From: Fistulifera solaris
Lineage: Eukaryota
NCBI GenBank assembly: GCA_030295235.1
Contig: AP026125.1
Location: 558,001 to 622,000 of the forward strand
DNA: 64,000 nucleotides
Direction of reading: 5' to 3'
The notes beneath the pieces were generated by a model, which was given only the letters and a program-made list of their open reading frames with translations, made no database searches and was not told the origin of the DNA. Shown piece by piece: positions 12,413 through 24,627 of the stretch; position 1 is the stretch's first letter, and each line of letters opens with the position of its first letter. The position numbers and the translations under genes were made by a program.

Positions 12413-14269
12413 ATGTCGGATTGGACCAAAGTTCCCGTTCGTAGCACGAATGGCGATTCCGCCGACAACTTTCTACTTGTCTCCAACCCGTCGTTCACGG
12501 TCCCCGATGGATTGACCATGGTTTCCGATTTTATCTCTCCGTCAGAAGAAAGCGAGTTATTGGAAGCCATTGACGATAAGAACTATTCGTGGGAAGGCTT
12601 TGAGCAACGCCGCAAGGTACAGCGATTCACCTTTAACGACAAGGCCTCGACACTATCGGACATGTTTTACACTCTTAGAGACAAGATAAAGGAGAAAAGT
12701 GGATGGCAAGCAACACATCTAGCGATCGAGGAATACAATGTCGACAAAGTGGCATTTTCGGGAGAATTCTCTTCCAATTATAAAGTTACCACCTTTGAAT
12801 CACCAGCACCGGGGGACCCTTCCTGCTTCGTCGCGCAAATTCCACTGCGAAAGGCGGCCGTTCAACATTTGAATAAGCCAAAAGAACGACAAGTCGCGTG
12901 CTGGAACTTAGAGTCACCGAATCACTGTTCCGATGTGTTCATGCCCCGGGGCTCTCTTCTACTCAAGTCCAGGGAGTGTCTGGGGGAATGGCGAAGTCGT
13001 ACGGCCGCGTCCCGTGATACAGACGACTGTGTTACTCTGTTAAAGTTCTATTCACTCTCCAGTGAAGCGCTGGATTCCTCGAATCATGCCATCAATCATC
13101 AGAATGGGTCAGACATGAACTCGTTCGGCTATGTGCCGTCACCGAACGACAATGTCCCGTCTCCCGACGAAGCCATGCCACCCCTGGAGGATTTGTTGAC
13201 CATCATTGTGACGACATCACCGATTCGAAGCAATCCGTCCACGGAGGTACTCGAACGCGCTATGGAGACGTTCGTCTTTGGGGGAACTGATTTTGCTTAC
13301 CAATGCCGTAAGGTCATAGTGTGCGACGGCGTCCGCAAGAAAGAAGATGAGGCACCGACGAAAAGTTATTCGAATGTCAAACAAGCACTCCGCAATGGCA
13401 TTGTCTCGAATGAACAAGATGAGAACTATACAATATTCAAACAGCGTCTACGGCAACTTTGTCAGGAGGCACCGGTGAATTCTCCGTTTCACAATACTCA
13501 TGTCGAAGAGCTTTCGGAACGACAAGGGTACGGATTTGCTCTCCGACATGCACTTCGACATTGTGTTTCGACACCCTACGTATGTGTCATCCAGCACGAT
13601 CGAACCTTTATGCGACCAACTCCTATTCGCGAGACGATGGAGGCCATGTGGCGGAATCGTTTTATCAAATACGTGGGAATGAGCATGCGAAGTAACCTTT
13701 TCTACCGTGATATATTTCTCGCCAAATATGGTCGGATTTATCACGAAGAGTTCAAGAGGCTCATTGTTCGAGTTCCTGAACTTTTGGTAAAGAAAGAGTG
13801 TTATGGGCCGGATAGTGCATCGACGAGAGAAATGAATTTACGAAGCGAAATTTTGCGAGAGAATATTCTGGCGCTCGCCAAGAGTTATCCGACAAGTGCG
13901 CAAGGGACTATTGAACAAGACTGGTGCCGACAGAATCCGGTGCCAGAGGAAATGCATCAATTATCGTTGACCCCGACACTCTTTTGGTACGACAATGTGC
14001 ATATATGCGAAACGGAACATTATCGAGATTTTGTTTTCAAGCCCTCTTACAAGATGGTTGCTAAGGGAGGATTTGTTGAAGATAAGCTGAGCCCTGTACT
14101 TTTACGAACTGTAGAACGTCTGGGTCTATCGGATGGTCATTCTCGATTCGGTTGCTACATACTCGATGATCATTCGGGAATGTTTTTTACAGGCCACTTG
14201 GATGGTGGCTCTTACATGACGGATGAATTGAGAAAGGCAATGAAGGGGAAATCAAGCTCTAGCTCTTAG
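12413..14269 (+). CDS. Degenerate AlkB-like domain fused to a GT-A/GT2-like glycosyltransferase domain
   Basis: N-part 'PDGLTMVSDFISPSEESELLEAID...RRKVQRF...MPRGSLLL' resembles ALKBH proteins. C-part 'LTIIVTTSPIRSNPST...KVIVCDG...GFALRHAL..VSTPYVCVIQHD' resembles GT-A folds. First ATG at 12413. Confidence 0.6.
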   Translation: MSDWTKVPVRSTNGDSADNFLLVSNPSFTVPDGLTMVSDFISPSEESELLEAIDDKNYSWEGFEQRRKVQRFTFNDKASTLSDMFYTLRDKIKEKSGWQATHLAIEEYNVDKVAFSGEFSSNYKVTTFESPAPGDPSCFVAQIPLRKAAVQHLNKPKERQVACWNLESPNHCSDVFMPRGSLLLKSRECLGEWRSRTAASRDTDDCVTLLKFYSLSSEALDSSNHAINHQNGSDMNSFGYVPSPNDNVPSPDEAMPPLEDLLTIIVTTSPIRSNPSTEVLERAMETFVFGGTDFAYQCRKVIVCDGVRKKEDEAPTKSYSNVKQALRNGIVSNEQDENYTIFKQRLRQLCQEAPVNSPFHNTHVEELSERQGYGFALRHALRHCVSTPYVCVIQHDRTFMRPTPIRETMEAMWRNRFIKYVGMSMRSNLFYRDIFLAKYGRIYHEEFKRLIVRVPELLVKKECYGPDSASTREMNLRSEILRENILALAKSYPTSAQGTIEQDWCRQNPVPEEMHQLSLTPTLFWYDNVHICETEHYRDFVFKPSYKMVAKGGFVEDKLSPVLLRTVERLGLSDGHSRFGCYILDDHSGMFFTGHLDGGSYMTDELRKAMKGKSSSSS

Positions 14270-14674
14270 TTTGGTGTGACAGGAACTTGCAAAACAGTTT
14301 CACATAGTCTTGACGAGTATGTTGAGAAGCGACGATTATGGAAAAGTAAAGGTAGGCGATAAAAGTCAGCAAGAAGGTCTTCGTCTCAATTTGGGTGCTT
14401 GGAAAAGTCCCGTACTTACGCGCCTAGATTATACTGACATTTTGATAACAAATACGGAGTAGATGCTTTCGAAATGAATTGCTTACGGAGTGTTAACTAT
14501 CAACAGCATTCAGTCTACCTTTACCAAAATATTCCCTTTTTGTTCATCGCATTCATTGGATGGCCATGAGATCCACCGCATTCATTGATCCATCATGGGA
14601 CTAAAAAAATGGTAAGCCTATTTTTTGATTTTGATGTTGCCGAGAAGTTCGCTTTCCATAACGTAACTTTTCTC

Positions 14675-14910
14675 CACGACTGCATTTCAGTCATGAATCG
14701 TGATATTTCAGTGCGAGACCTAGACCTTCGTTCTTTTAGCTAGATTATTAAAATAAACTATAGTAATCCATAGTATGATATGTACCTGCAACAGGATCTA
14801 ATATGCATGCTTTGATGTATCCTTATGTCGAATGGATCCTGCCCTCATTAATAGTATAAGCCAAAGTGTACGGGACTTTTTTCACGACTGCATTTCAGTC
14901 ATGAATTCGA
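14675..14910 (+). repeat. Direct-repeat pair of the palindromic motif CACGACTGCATTTCAGTCATGAAT (copies at 14675 and 14883)
   Basis: Identical 24-bp copies 208 bp apart in AT-rich intergenic DNA. The same motif occurs at 21677(-), 33325 and 33705, with variants at ~47088 and 47318. Confidence 0.85.
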
Positions 14911-15018
14911 GCTGCGAAATAAAAGAGCGCGGCGCGATCGATCGCATATTATCATTGGCAATTTTTCAAGTTCAATGTTGTATTTAATTAAAGCAAGAAA
15001 TAAGATCGCTGCAGCAGC

Positions 15019-16558
15019 ATGAAGATTCTCTTACACCCTCTAAAGGTCTCGTTCGTGTCCTACCTATTTCACGCAACATTCGTGGATGGATTCAGCGGCA
15101 ACACGCTCCCTACCGCACGATCGAGCACAACGGGCGTCGTTTCTATGACGAATAATGACTCGGAAGAACCATCCGACTCGGCAAACTCCAAAGGAACCCG
15201 CAGAGGTGCAGGAAGTGTGCGAAGGCGTTGCGTCGATTATCCGAAGTATGCATACGATGCAGGGACGAAAGAAGTGAAAGTTCTCACCTCCACCGGTACG
15301 TTGCCCTTCGTCGCTGCAACAGTATGAAATCTTCATTAAACTTATTGCTGTTATTTTAGGCTTGAAAGATGGTTCATTGAACGCGGAGGCAATGAGGACA
15401 CGATTATTGGAAGACCGATCGTATGCCCGAAGTGAGCCGTTTCTGATGGACAACATGATGAACCCTCCCACGCTGGCGGATTTGTCACCACCCAAGGAAG
15501 CCTTTCGGGACAAGTTTTTCATCAGCACCCCCGCCAATGTGCTTTCCTTCCTTGTTTCTTACTTGCTCTTTCCACCGATTATTCACGTCATGGAATTCGT
15601 GATCAATACATCGGGTCCGCAGCTCGAGGAAATATTGACGACGTATGCTCCGGGTGTTTCCATCCTGTACGGTACCTTCGTCTCATTGACGCTATCCATT
15701 TTATATAATCGTCAAAGAACAATCCAAGACAACGTCGCAATGGAAACGTCTTTGCTTTCGGTCATTACACGTAGTCTCATCAGTCTTCTCCGAGAGGATG
15801 AATGCAAGTTGATTGAAGCAGGACAGTGCGCGGCGGACCAAATTCGTACTCTGGTGAAAACCTCGAGAGGAGAGGAACTGATGCTGTTGATGTACAATGA
15901 TCCCTATGCGCGAATGATGGAAATCATTGATTTGTACGAATCTCAGCAAGGAGACGAGGTCAAGCAGAGAGCTTTGATCTCGTACTCGAGAGATACCATC
16001 CGCGAACTCATCAAATACCGTTCGAAACGCTTGAGCGACGAATCCTTGGCACTTCCTCCGACTCATTTCTTCATTTTGAACAGTCTTACGCTTCTCATAT
16101 TGTTGAGCTACACAGTGTCGGTGCTCGCTACTCTCGAAGCGAATGGAGATCCCTCGAATACAAGTTCCATACTATTCGGCTCGCTCGCATCGACCTACTT
16201 TCTATTTTACAATTTTGCCAAGGATTTGAACAATCCATTTCAGGGAGTTTATCAGGTACGTTACTGAGTATAAACTATTCTTCCACCTCGTATTGGTCCT
16301 GACGCAATCACAATTGTTGACGCAAAGATACGTCGAAGCTGCGCCGCCAGCCATCTTATGGGAATCAAATGGGTCATTGCGAACCATCCAAGTTTGAAAA
16401 ATTTTGTTGATTTCGAAGAAGTCAAGGAAGAGAATGGAGCAGTTTTAATTCGAAGTCCAGGTGTTGGAGATGTTTGGTTTGAACGCGACGATATTTATTT
16501 CGTGGACGGCAACGGAGACGGTTCACAGCCTCAGTCATCGTTTTGGAAAGGAAAATGA
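15019..16558 (+). CDS. Probable plastid-targeted membrane protein (DUF4239/bestrophin-like); introns 15296-15359 and 16256-16327
   Basis: Signal peptide ending 'VDG-F', several TM helices and the 'DLNNPFQGVYQIR' motif after splicing. GT..AG introns join the three ORFs in frame. Confidence 0.6.
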
Positions 16559-16673
16559 AAGATGAGCCTGTATCATCAAGGTCAAGCGTATTTGTCGTCG
16601 TATCGAAGAGTGGCTTCAAAGATTTCGTTGCAATGCTTTCGTTGAAAAATAATAAATGAAAATACAGGCTTCA

Positions 16674-17738
16674 TTACGCCCCACCGAGAAAATCCAAGAC
16701 GCTCTCATACACAACAAAAGTGACGGCGGCACCGGGTGCCACACGGAGTGCATTCGGTATAGCACCCTTGAAAAAGCCTATAAAACCTTCTCGTTGCCAC
16801 AAATGTCGGCCTGTAGCTAGCATACCTACATACTCACGACGTACTGCTTTAATTTCACCGTTTGCCATGAGTTCCAATGACTGAGAGCGTTGCTGCAAGC
16901 GTGCTTTGATCACCTGAAGGGGATACGTCGTAGTGCTGGCGGCACTAGAGGTTCCAGAAAGAATAGCACAGTATCAGTAACTGGCTTGTTTATCCGAGTA
17001 GTACTTTGTAGGTGTCAGAAAAACTTACACTTTTGCCACCGCTCCCATACAAAGATACCCCAGGGAAAGTTCAAACCGTTCCCAGACATTACTCGTATCT
17101 TCCCGCCTGGCTCGTTGGTAATGAAAGTGCTTTTTCAGATATTCATACACTACAAACTGAACTCCGCCATGCGAAGTCAGCAAGAGAGCGGGCCCGCTGC
17201 CGCGATACAACGCTAGAATGCCTTCTTCTCGAACAATGGTCCGAAACGCGTCTCTCATTCCCGCATACGGTTGAATGTTATGCATTTCACTGGATCGTTT
17301 CATTTGTAGTTGCATTCTCGTCTTCATGAGCCATATTGGATTGGTGAAGGCTACCATAATTCCTCCGGCAGCGACCGCCAGGGCAAAATTATCGAACGAC
17401 GTCAAAATCGACGCCCTTTCTCGACTCGTCATCGAATTTCCCATACGATGCTGTACTAACTGCTTTTTAAAGCCTTCATAAAAGAAAAAATATCCACCCC
17501 AGGATATCGCAGAACCAATGACCGCCGGCGTCCATCCCGCAAAGAACCCTCCCAGTCCTTCGTACTTGTAAATCAAGCCCGCCGCTCGCAACGCTCCCAG
17601 TCGTGATGACCTTCCCTCGCTTTCGTGTACTTGCAATCGCACTTTTATGATATCCAGCGGAAATAGAAGAGTCGTGGATACGGAGCCTCCCAAAAAACCC
17701 GCAATCAATGGAACGATGTTCTTCTGCTCCGTCGTCAT
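16674..17738 (-). CDS. Mitochondrial carrier family protein (folate/FAD carrier SLC25A32-like); one intron ~16945-17028
   Basis: Three Px(D/E)xx(K/R) repeats: PLDIIKVRLQ, PIWLMKTRMQ (the W variant typical of folate/FAD/NAD carriers), PLQVIKARLQ. Confidence 0.9.
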
Positions 17739-18044
17739 GGTTATGCTTTGGTTGTGCGAGCGATACCGACGAAAATGAAAAAAAAGGACGAGAGGAACAA
17801 AGCGAAACCGGCGCAAACACATCATCGTGTCGCACAAGTACCGAACTGTCGTTGCGGCATCTGAGCTGTCAAACGATAGTACCGACGTTGTTTTACGTAC
17901 CAACTCTACTACGTACGTAATTTGCCGTACATCGACGCATATCACACGCCGCTAAAGTGCCGCATTGCATTGCTTCATTATTCATTCACATAAAAGAAAA
18001 ATAAAATCGATTCTGCTGCTTATATCAAAACACAATTAACAAAA

Positions 18045-19263
18045 ATGTCAATAGAAGGACCGTTCGAATGGCTGGCGGGAGGTCTCTTTTCGGGAAGCAA
18101 CAAAAGGCGGCATTGAAAGCATCGATTCGTGCGGGGATGCGGTCGTATTGTTGAAGGGCATTGCGCAGTCGTTGCAAGAAATACTGGCTCAGACCGAGAA
18201 CAATGAGGCACCCGAAGAACCGGCGAATCTGTTAGCGGCACGCTTGCGTCGCTTGCGATTTCTCTTGTACGACGAACGAAGAGTACCGAAAGAAACCAGT
18301 AGTCGATGGGGTAACCATGCTCCGACCATGGTAGAAAACACTCTGCAAGGATTGCTGGGACCAGAGATGAATGATTTGATTCCCACATTACTCGAACATC
18401 TGGTAGTACTGCCCTTTGAAAGTCGAAAGGATGTTGCTGCTATTTTCAATTACTTGCTCGTGTCCGGGTTCGACGGAACGGACGCCGAAATTTATCGACG
18501 GCACATGATCCGGTTTCGAGACCATGTGGAACAGCACTTTCCGCGGGTGATATCCGCGATTCTGGCCGGACATGACCCCGCCGTGCACGGTCAAAAAGAC
18601 GTGTGTCTCCATTACGGCTCCATGTACCGCGCCTGTTTGAGGCACCCTGCCTTGTACCATCGCATGGTGGGAACGACCGAGTCCGTTCGGAGTTACGTAT
18701 TTCCTTTTCTGGATATATTTGTACATTTACCCAACTTTGAAGTGGCAAGTGATGCCATGGAAAGTCTGCGAGAGGTTATGACCGCGGGTCAAGGGAGTAG
18801 TAGTAGTCGCGATCCGCAGATCCAGCAGGAATTGGCGGAAATCGCCGCCACCTTTCTCGCTCGCGACTATGATGAAATATGGAATCGACGGTTTAATACC
18901 AATCTACTATCGGAGTCTGCAAATTACATGACTCGTCGAGTGGCGTTGCAGATTCTATCCACTGTTCTGTTGACAAGATCGAACTATTCTATCATGATAG
19001 AATTTGTGGCCAGCAAAACAAATCTAATTCTCATTATGAAGTTGCTCCGCGATACATCCCCGCATATCACGCTAGATGCTTTTCATGTGTTTAAAGTGTT
19101 TGTGGCGAATCCCAACAAACCACCCGAAGTTGTTCAAATTCTTCGGGACAATCAGGTCAAGCTCGTGAATTATTTGACGTCACTTCATCAGGAGAAAGAG
19201 GAAACAGACACTCAGTTCAGAGACGAGAAGGCTCTTATCATTGCAACCATTCAAGCACTATAG
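18045..19263 (+). CDS. MO25: MO25/CAB39 scaffold protein (5' end disturbed by indels ~18100-18140)
   Basis: 'NYMTRRVALQILSTVLL...NLILIMKLLRD..PHITLDAFHVFKVFVANPNKP...QFRDEKALII' matches the MO25 C-terminal signature. Confidence 0.9.
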
Positions 19264-19280
19264 ACACGAAGAATTTTGGC

Positions 19281-21567
19281 TTAAACATAATCGATTTGAT
19301 AAAGGCGAATATACCCTCGGGTGCTGAAGCCGAATTGCATTGCTGACAGCGCATACAACAGGAAGATAGCGGCAAAGGAGGCGCTCGATTTGGCTTGCGA
19401 TTGCAGGACTTTTGTCACATCATCGGTCGTCCACTCGGGGCATCGGATAGAATCAGACGGATCTTGGTCGCAAGCCGTACAGGTGTTGGCTTGATCAAGG
19501 AAGCAAGCAATGTTTCCCCGCACTTCCTCCGACAATGGATTTTCAACTAATGAAATCGAGAATGCTATGCTTCCGCCCACGATCCAAACAAGTAAGATGA
19601 AGACGATGGCGATAATGATTAGAAAGCAATTCACGGCGAGCATTTTGTACCGCTTATCTCTTGTGTTCAATATAGTGTACGAGCTGATGAACCACCCTAA
19701 AATCGAAGCAACAAAGAAAAGTCCTGCGCAAAGGGTTAAAAGATGATCTCATCGATTAGGTGATGGCCAAGGAGTGAAATGGAACAACTACACTTACCTC
19801 CTGCGGCAACGAAAAGCAAACCGACCCAAAATGTAGATGACCGGTCGGCTTGATTAATTAGCTCCGACGAGGACGAAAATACAAATAAGAGACCGTTACC
19901 AATACAACCCAAAATTGGAAGAGAGAACCACGCAGGGACGTTCGATTCTCTCGATTTTTGCACCAGGGGTCTCGAGATGATGCTTTCTAGGATTTTTACG
20001 ACCAGCAGTAGCTGAAAAGAGTGAAGAGGACGTCAGGAAAGCGTTCAACATCCTGTGCATAGGAGTAGAATAGTCTCACTTACCAGGAGCACTAGCACGA
20101 TTCCCCAGATAGCATTTCCGTAATAATATGCAATCATGAATTTATCAAATCTTTCTTGAGCATCCGCTCGAATCTCGCCACAATTGGTCACATTGAAATT
20201 GACCAAACACCAGCTCGTCACATTTTCCACTTCCGGAGCCGCACATAAGGTATTGTATGAACTACTTGGTTCACAAAAGGCTCTTCGAAAAGCGGCCAGG
20301 GACTCATCTCGCCACCCTGTAAATAGAGATAATGATATGAGCGACGAGAATCTCAAGGTTGTCAACAGAGACACCACAACTTTCTGACAACTTACAGTGC
20401 TTGACCCAAACCCTTGTTACTCGAAAGTAATCAAATAAACCGATCACAGAGTAAATCTAGATCGCAGTCGTTCAATTTTGAGAGCACGACATAAGCGATA
20501 CGCGTTCAAACGGTAGATGCACTTACCTGAATTGGAATGATCCAGAGGAGAAGCCACAAGTATCGAATGGCTCCCTTCAAGTTGACACTCCGTACAACAG
20601 GAACTATTACAATCGTCATGACCAGCAAAAGGAACGCAATACTACCCATGGTAAAGACAGCTCCATTGATATTCCATACGTGAGACAAAACCTTGATGTC
20701 GGCGGGGGTACTGTCCGGTCCTCGTACCGTACCCGTCGCATCATACTCCGTCACATCATGCTCCGCGATATCGGCCGTGAGGTACACAAACAGCATCGCC
20801 GCCGAAAACAACTGTATAAAGGCAAAGATGGCACAAAGAATATTTAAACGCTGCACAATGGCTCGATCGGTCGTTTGCGACAAGGGAAAGCACAGGAAGC
20901 AAGGTGCTTTCATGACCACACAGGCCGCCAGTCGATTCCAGCTGGGGCGTTTCTTCGCGAGCCAAGTGGGCAAGGGAATACCCCAGAGCGACGGTGGTGT
21001 TCGTTCATTATTTCGTTCCGTAGACCCGTCCGCAGGATGCGACGAGTCGTCATCGTCGTACAATTCGCTGGTAGGACTCGACAAGCCGACCATAGATGGC
21101 TGAATTTCTGTCGGCTCTTTTGAGGACGACCGTGTCGGATTCTCCGAGTCATCCTCCACATTCGTAGTGGATCGATTGTAGGATGAAAGACTCAATCGTG
21201 GAATGAGGCGCCTTTCGCCGGCAGGCGATGGCTTTGTTACGTTATCATTGAAAAGATCTTCTTCTGTAACTTGATATGCTTCGCCCGGTTCGGATGGGTT
21301 TTTGGAATATCGCCTCAGGAATCCTCGTTTCGGATGAAATTTTCGTTCTGGAGACCGCGGATCAGGAAAACTAGCCCCTCCGCTACTCCAAATCCTAGCT
21401 CGACCAAAGCTATTATTTTCCTCCGTGATTCCTCGAATGGGTAATCCGACCACATTTCCCTCGCTGAACGCTCGGCGCCGCGCCGATCGGTCGTCACGTG
21501 GTGAAAAGTCATGTTCATACTCTAAATCCTGGATGGAATAGTCTTCATACTCGTCGTCGCTTCCCAT
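19281..21567 (-). CDS. Multi-exon, multi-pass membrane protein of unknown function
   Basis: Consecutive minus-strand ORFs (20506-21567, 20045-20377, 19736-19963, 19281-19670) with TM segments and Cys-rich loops, separated by GT..AG-like gaps. Confidence 0.6.
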
Positions 21568-21676
21568 GTTCGATTATCTTTATGCATTCGAGATTTTTGA
21601 ACTGAGCGTTTATTCTTACACACCTTACACAAGGCCGTCTCGTGACTCAACACGAAGTTCGATCGTGGTTCTCTTT

Positions 21677-21733
21677 GATTCATGACTAAAACGCAGTCGT
21701 GCTTAAGCAATAGAGAGTACACTTTAGACTATA
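21677..21733 (-). promoter_or_regulatory. Minus-strand copy of the TATA..AAGTGTA-N16-CACGACTGCGTTTTAGTCATGAATC module
   Basis: Reverse complement of 21677-21701 is CACGACTGCGTTTTAGTCATGAATC, with TACACTT at 21718-21724. It lies ~110 bp upstream of the ATG at 21567. Function is inferred only. Confidence 0.5.
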
Positions 21734-21905
21734 TTTGTTGCTTGTGTCGCACCAATACACCCATCACAGCCACCAAAGAAAACATCGCAAAAGCATGATG
21801 ATTCTTTTCACTTGCATCACAACAAACCATTCTCCTAAAAAATATCTTTCATTGAGATTGATACCAGCATCTCCTACTCCTCATTTCCTTTGTTCTTTAT
21901 TCATC

Positions 21906-24550
21906 ATGATATATTTGTTCTTGGTGCTGACGCACATTCTTACTGACAGCGGTATTGCTTGGACAGCCTCCTTGTCGGATCGGCATTTTGTCAATTACAA
22001 TACACCCCGTTCTGTCAAACGTTACGCTTCGACTCCCTTTGAATCAGACTTGTACATTCCTCCGGAAAATGAAAACCCGAGATCAGCATTAGCTGTACCA
22101 GATGATACGCAACTTATACTGGGGATAAATAAATATTCGCATGATACGTCATTATGTGCGGCCGACGCCAACACGGGTAAAGTCCTGTTCGCCCTGTCCA
22201 AAGAGCGCATCACTCGTCGGAAGCATGATGCGGGGAATGTTGCTTCCTTGGTAGAAGTCTGTCTTGAGTCTCTCGATTTGCAGCTCGAAAATGTCCAGAA
22301 AGTTGTTATGAACAATCACCATCATCGAATCTTACCGATCGAAGAGAACAAACAGTATCACATGGAGTGGGAGTCGGCACTCCAAATCAATGCGGGACAC
22401 GAAAGTGGCTATGACGAACCCGAAAACACTCTATTCGATGCGGAACGCATGGAACTGTCGCATCATTTGGCGCACGCGTACAGCACAGCCGCGCAGGCCC
22501 CGTTTGATGCCGGTCTCTGTGTTGTCATGGACGGTATGGGTGACACCTACCGAACGATGTTGCAAGCACACGTGCAAAAGGATCACTCGTATGTGAGTGA
22601 CCTTAATTTTGGTGCAGATACGTTCCAGTGTATACCCAGTAACATCCAGGAATTGGCCGCCTCCAGTCCGTTTGATTTCCGTGAAGCAGAAAGTGTATAC
22701 CAGTTTCGGAAACAGACATCGGAAAACGGCGCAAAGATCGATATCTGGCCTATTTTCAAGCGTTTTACCCGAGAGAATTCTCCCCCGACTCTTTATAACC
22801 ATGGATTTGAAAACATGGACAGTTTGGGAGCCGTCTATTCGAGAGCGAGTACTCACATTTTCGGTGACTGGAATAGTTGTGGTAAGGTGATGGGACTAGC
22901 TCCGTGGGCCGGACATCGTTGGACCGATAGCAACGGATATGAATTAGCCCCGAGATCGATACCGGATCCTACTATGACCGGGTCCGTATATATTGGACAA
23001 GGCGACAATGTTTTGAAACTGGATAAGACATTGATGGAAAAAGAACCCTACTGCACACGAAATGATCCGGAGTTATTCAACCCAGTGGATGGTAGCATGA
23101 GAAAACGCTATGATTTTGATGACGACGACTTCACTTCTGGTGACAAAGCTGGACGGCGGTTACCTGCGTCGGTAGCTCTCAATGCGATATCGTTGGCAAG
23201 CCGTGTACAAGAAGACCTTGAAAATGTGGGACTAGATTTTGTGAAGCATTTCAAGGAAAAGACTGGCGAGACGAACCTTTGTCTTGCTGGAGGTGTTGCA
23301 TTGAACTCGGTGTTGAATGGTCGATTAGCTAGAGACATCGGATTCGAACAAACATTTATTTCTCCGTATCCGGGAGATGATGGCATCGCTGTTGGCTGTT
23401 GTGCTTTCGGGCTGTTTGGAAATAGTCGTCTGGGTATCAGCTCATCTATCCAGTCTGAGAATAACGCAATGAAAGTTTGGGACAAGCCTCTTTCCCCGTA
23501 CCTAGGGCCTAGCTACTCCGACGAGGAAATCAAAGAAGCAATCGAACATGCACGTCCTTGGCTCGAAATCGATATTGTACGAGATGAAGACCAACGACTT
23601 GAGATGATGGCTCGAGAGGTAGAATCTGGCGGGGTCGTAGCATGGTATCGTTCTCGCTCAGAGCTTGGTCCTCGTGCACTAGGACACCGCAGCATTCTTG
23701 CTGATCCTCGAAAGAAAGGCTTGGTAAGGTTTATCAACGAAGAAGTCAAAAGCCGCGAAAGTTTCCGTCCGTTTGCACCAAGCGTATTGGCCGAAGAAAC
23801 AGATGAGTGGTTTGCTATAGGGAAAGGCAGCCTAAACAACAATGTCAGTCCTTTCATGAGCATGACAGCGATTGTTCACAAATCAAAGCGAGCCCTTATA
23901 CCCGCAGTCACACACGTTGACGGTTCATCGCGCCTACAAACAGTAACGCGTGATGACGAACCTCTGTATCACAAATTTATTTCTAAGTTTTTGAGATAAC
24001 CGGCGTTCCGATGGTGCTGAATACGTCTTTCAACACCCTTCCTAGTGAGCCCATCGTCGAGACACCACACGACGCAATTCGGAGTTTTCTCTACTCCATG
24101 GGTTCAATTGAAATGCTCGTGATGGAGGACTACATTATCAAGCGAAAAAGAGCGGATGTTCGTAAACTACTTGGTGAAGCTTCAAATTCTGGAACGATAA
24201 AAACAGAACCCTCTTTCCCAAGGCGTACAGGCCCTGCTCACTTTGAATCATCCTTTACTCTAGAAGACGGAAACAACGAGAGCGTATCACCCAAAACACG
24301 TGTAAAAATGCCGGATAGACCCATGCACGGGAACAAGAACGAATGGTTTGAGCTTCTTGACGATCTCGAAGGAGAGATCCTGTCAGTTTGCGATGGAAAA
24401 GTATCATTGAATGATATCATGACATTCTACACTGCGGTAGATCAAGAAGAAGCTTTGGGCGAGAAGAACGTCGCCGATGCGCAGAACATTTTGCAAAACA
24501 TAGTCCACCGTTTAGTTCGACTTTATGAACATACGCTAATAAGTTGGTAA
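21906..24550 (+). CDS. Carbamoyltransferase, NodU/CmcH family, probable plastid presequence, C-terminal winged-helix-like extension; frameshift at ~23990
   Basis: 'SHHLAHAYS', 'VMDGMGD', 'GKVMGLAP', 'LAGGVALNSVLNG', 'ELGPRALGHRSILADPR', 'RESFRPFAPS', 'AVTHVDGSSRLQTV', 'VPMVLNTSFN'. One extra T in the T-run at ~23990 joins the two ORFs. Confidence 0.9.
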
Positions 24551-24627
24551 TTATAAAACCATTTGTTCTATGTAAGAATGTATAAAGTTTATTCTGATCT
24601 TCATCTATGATTCTAAAAGAAATAGTT

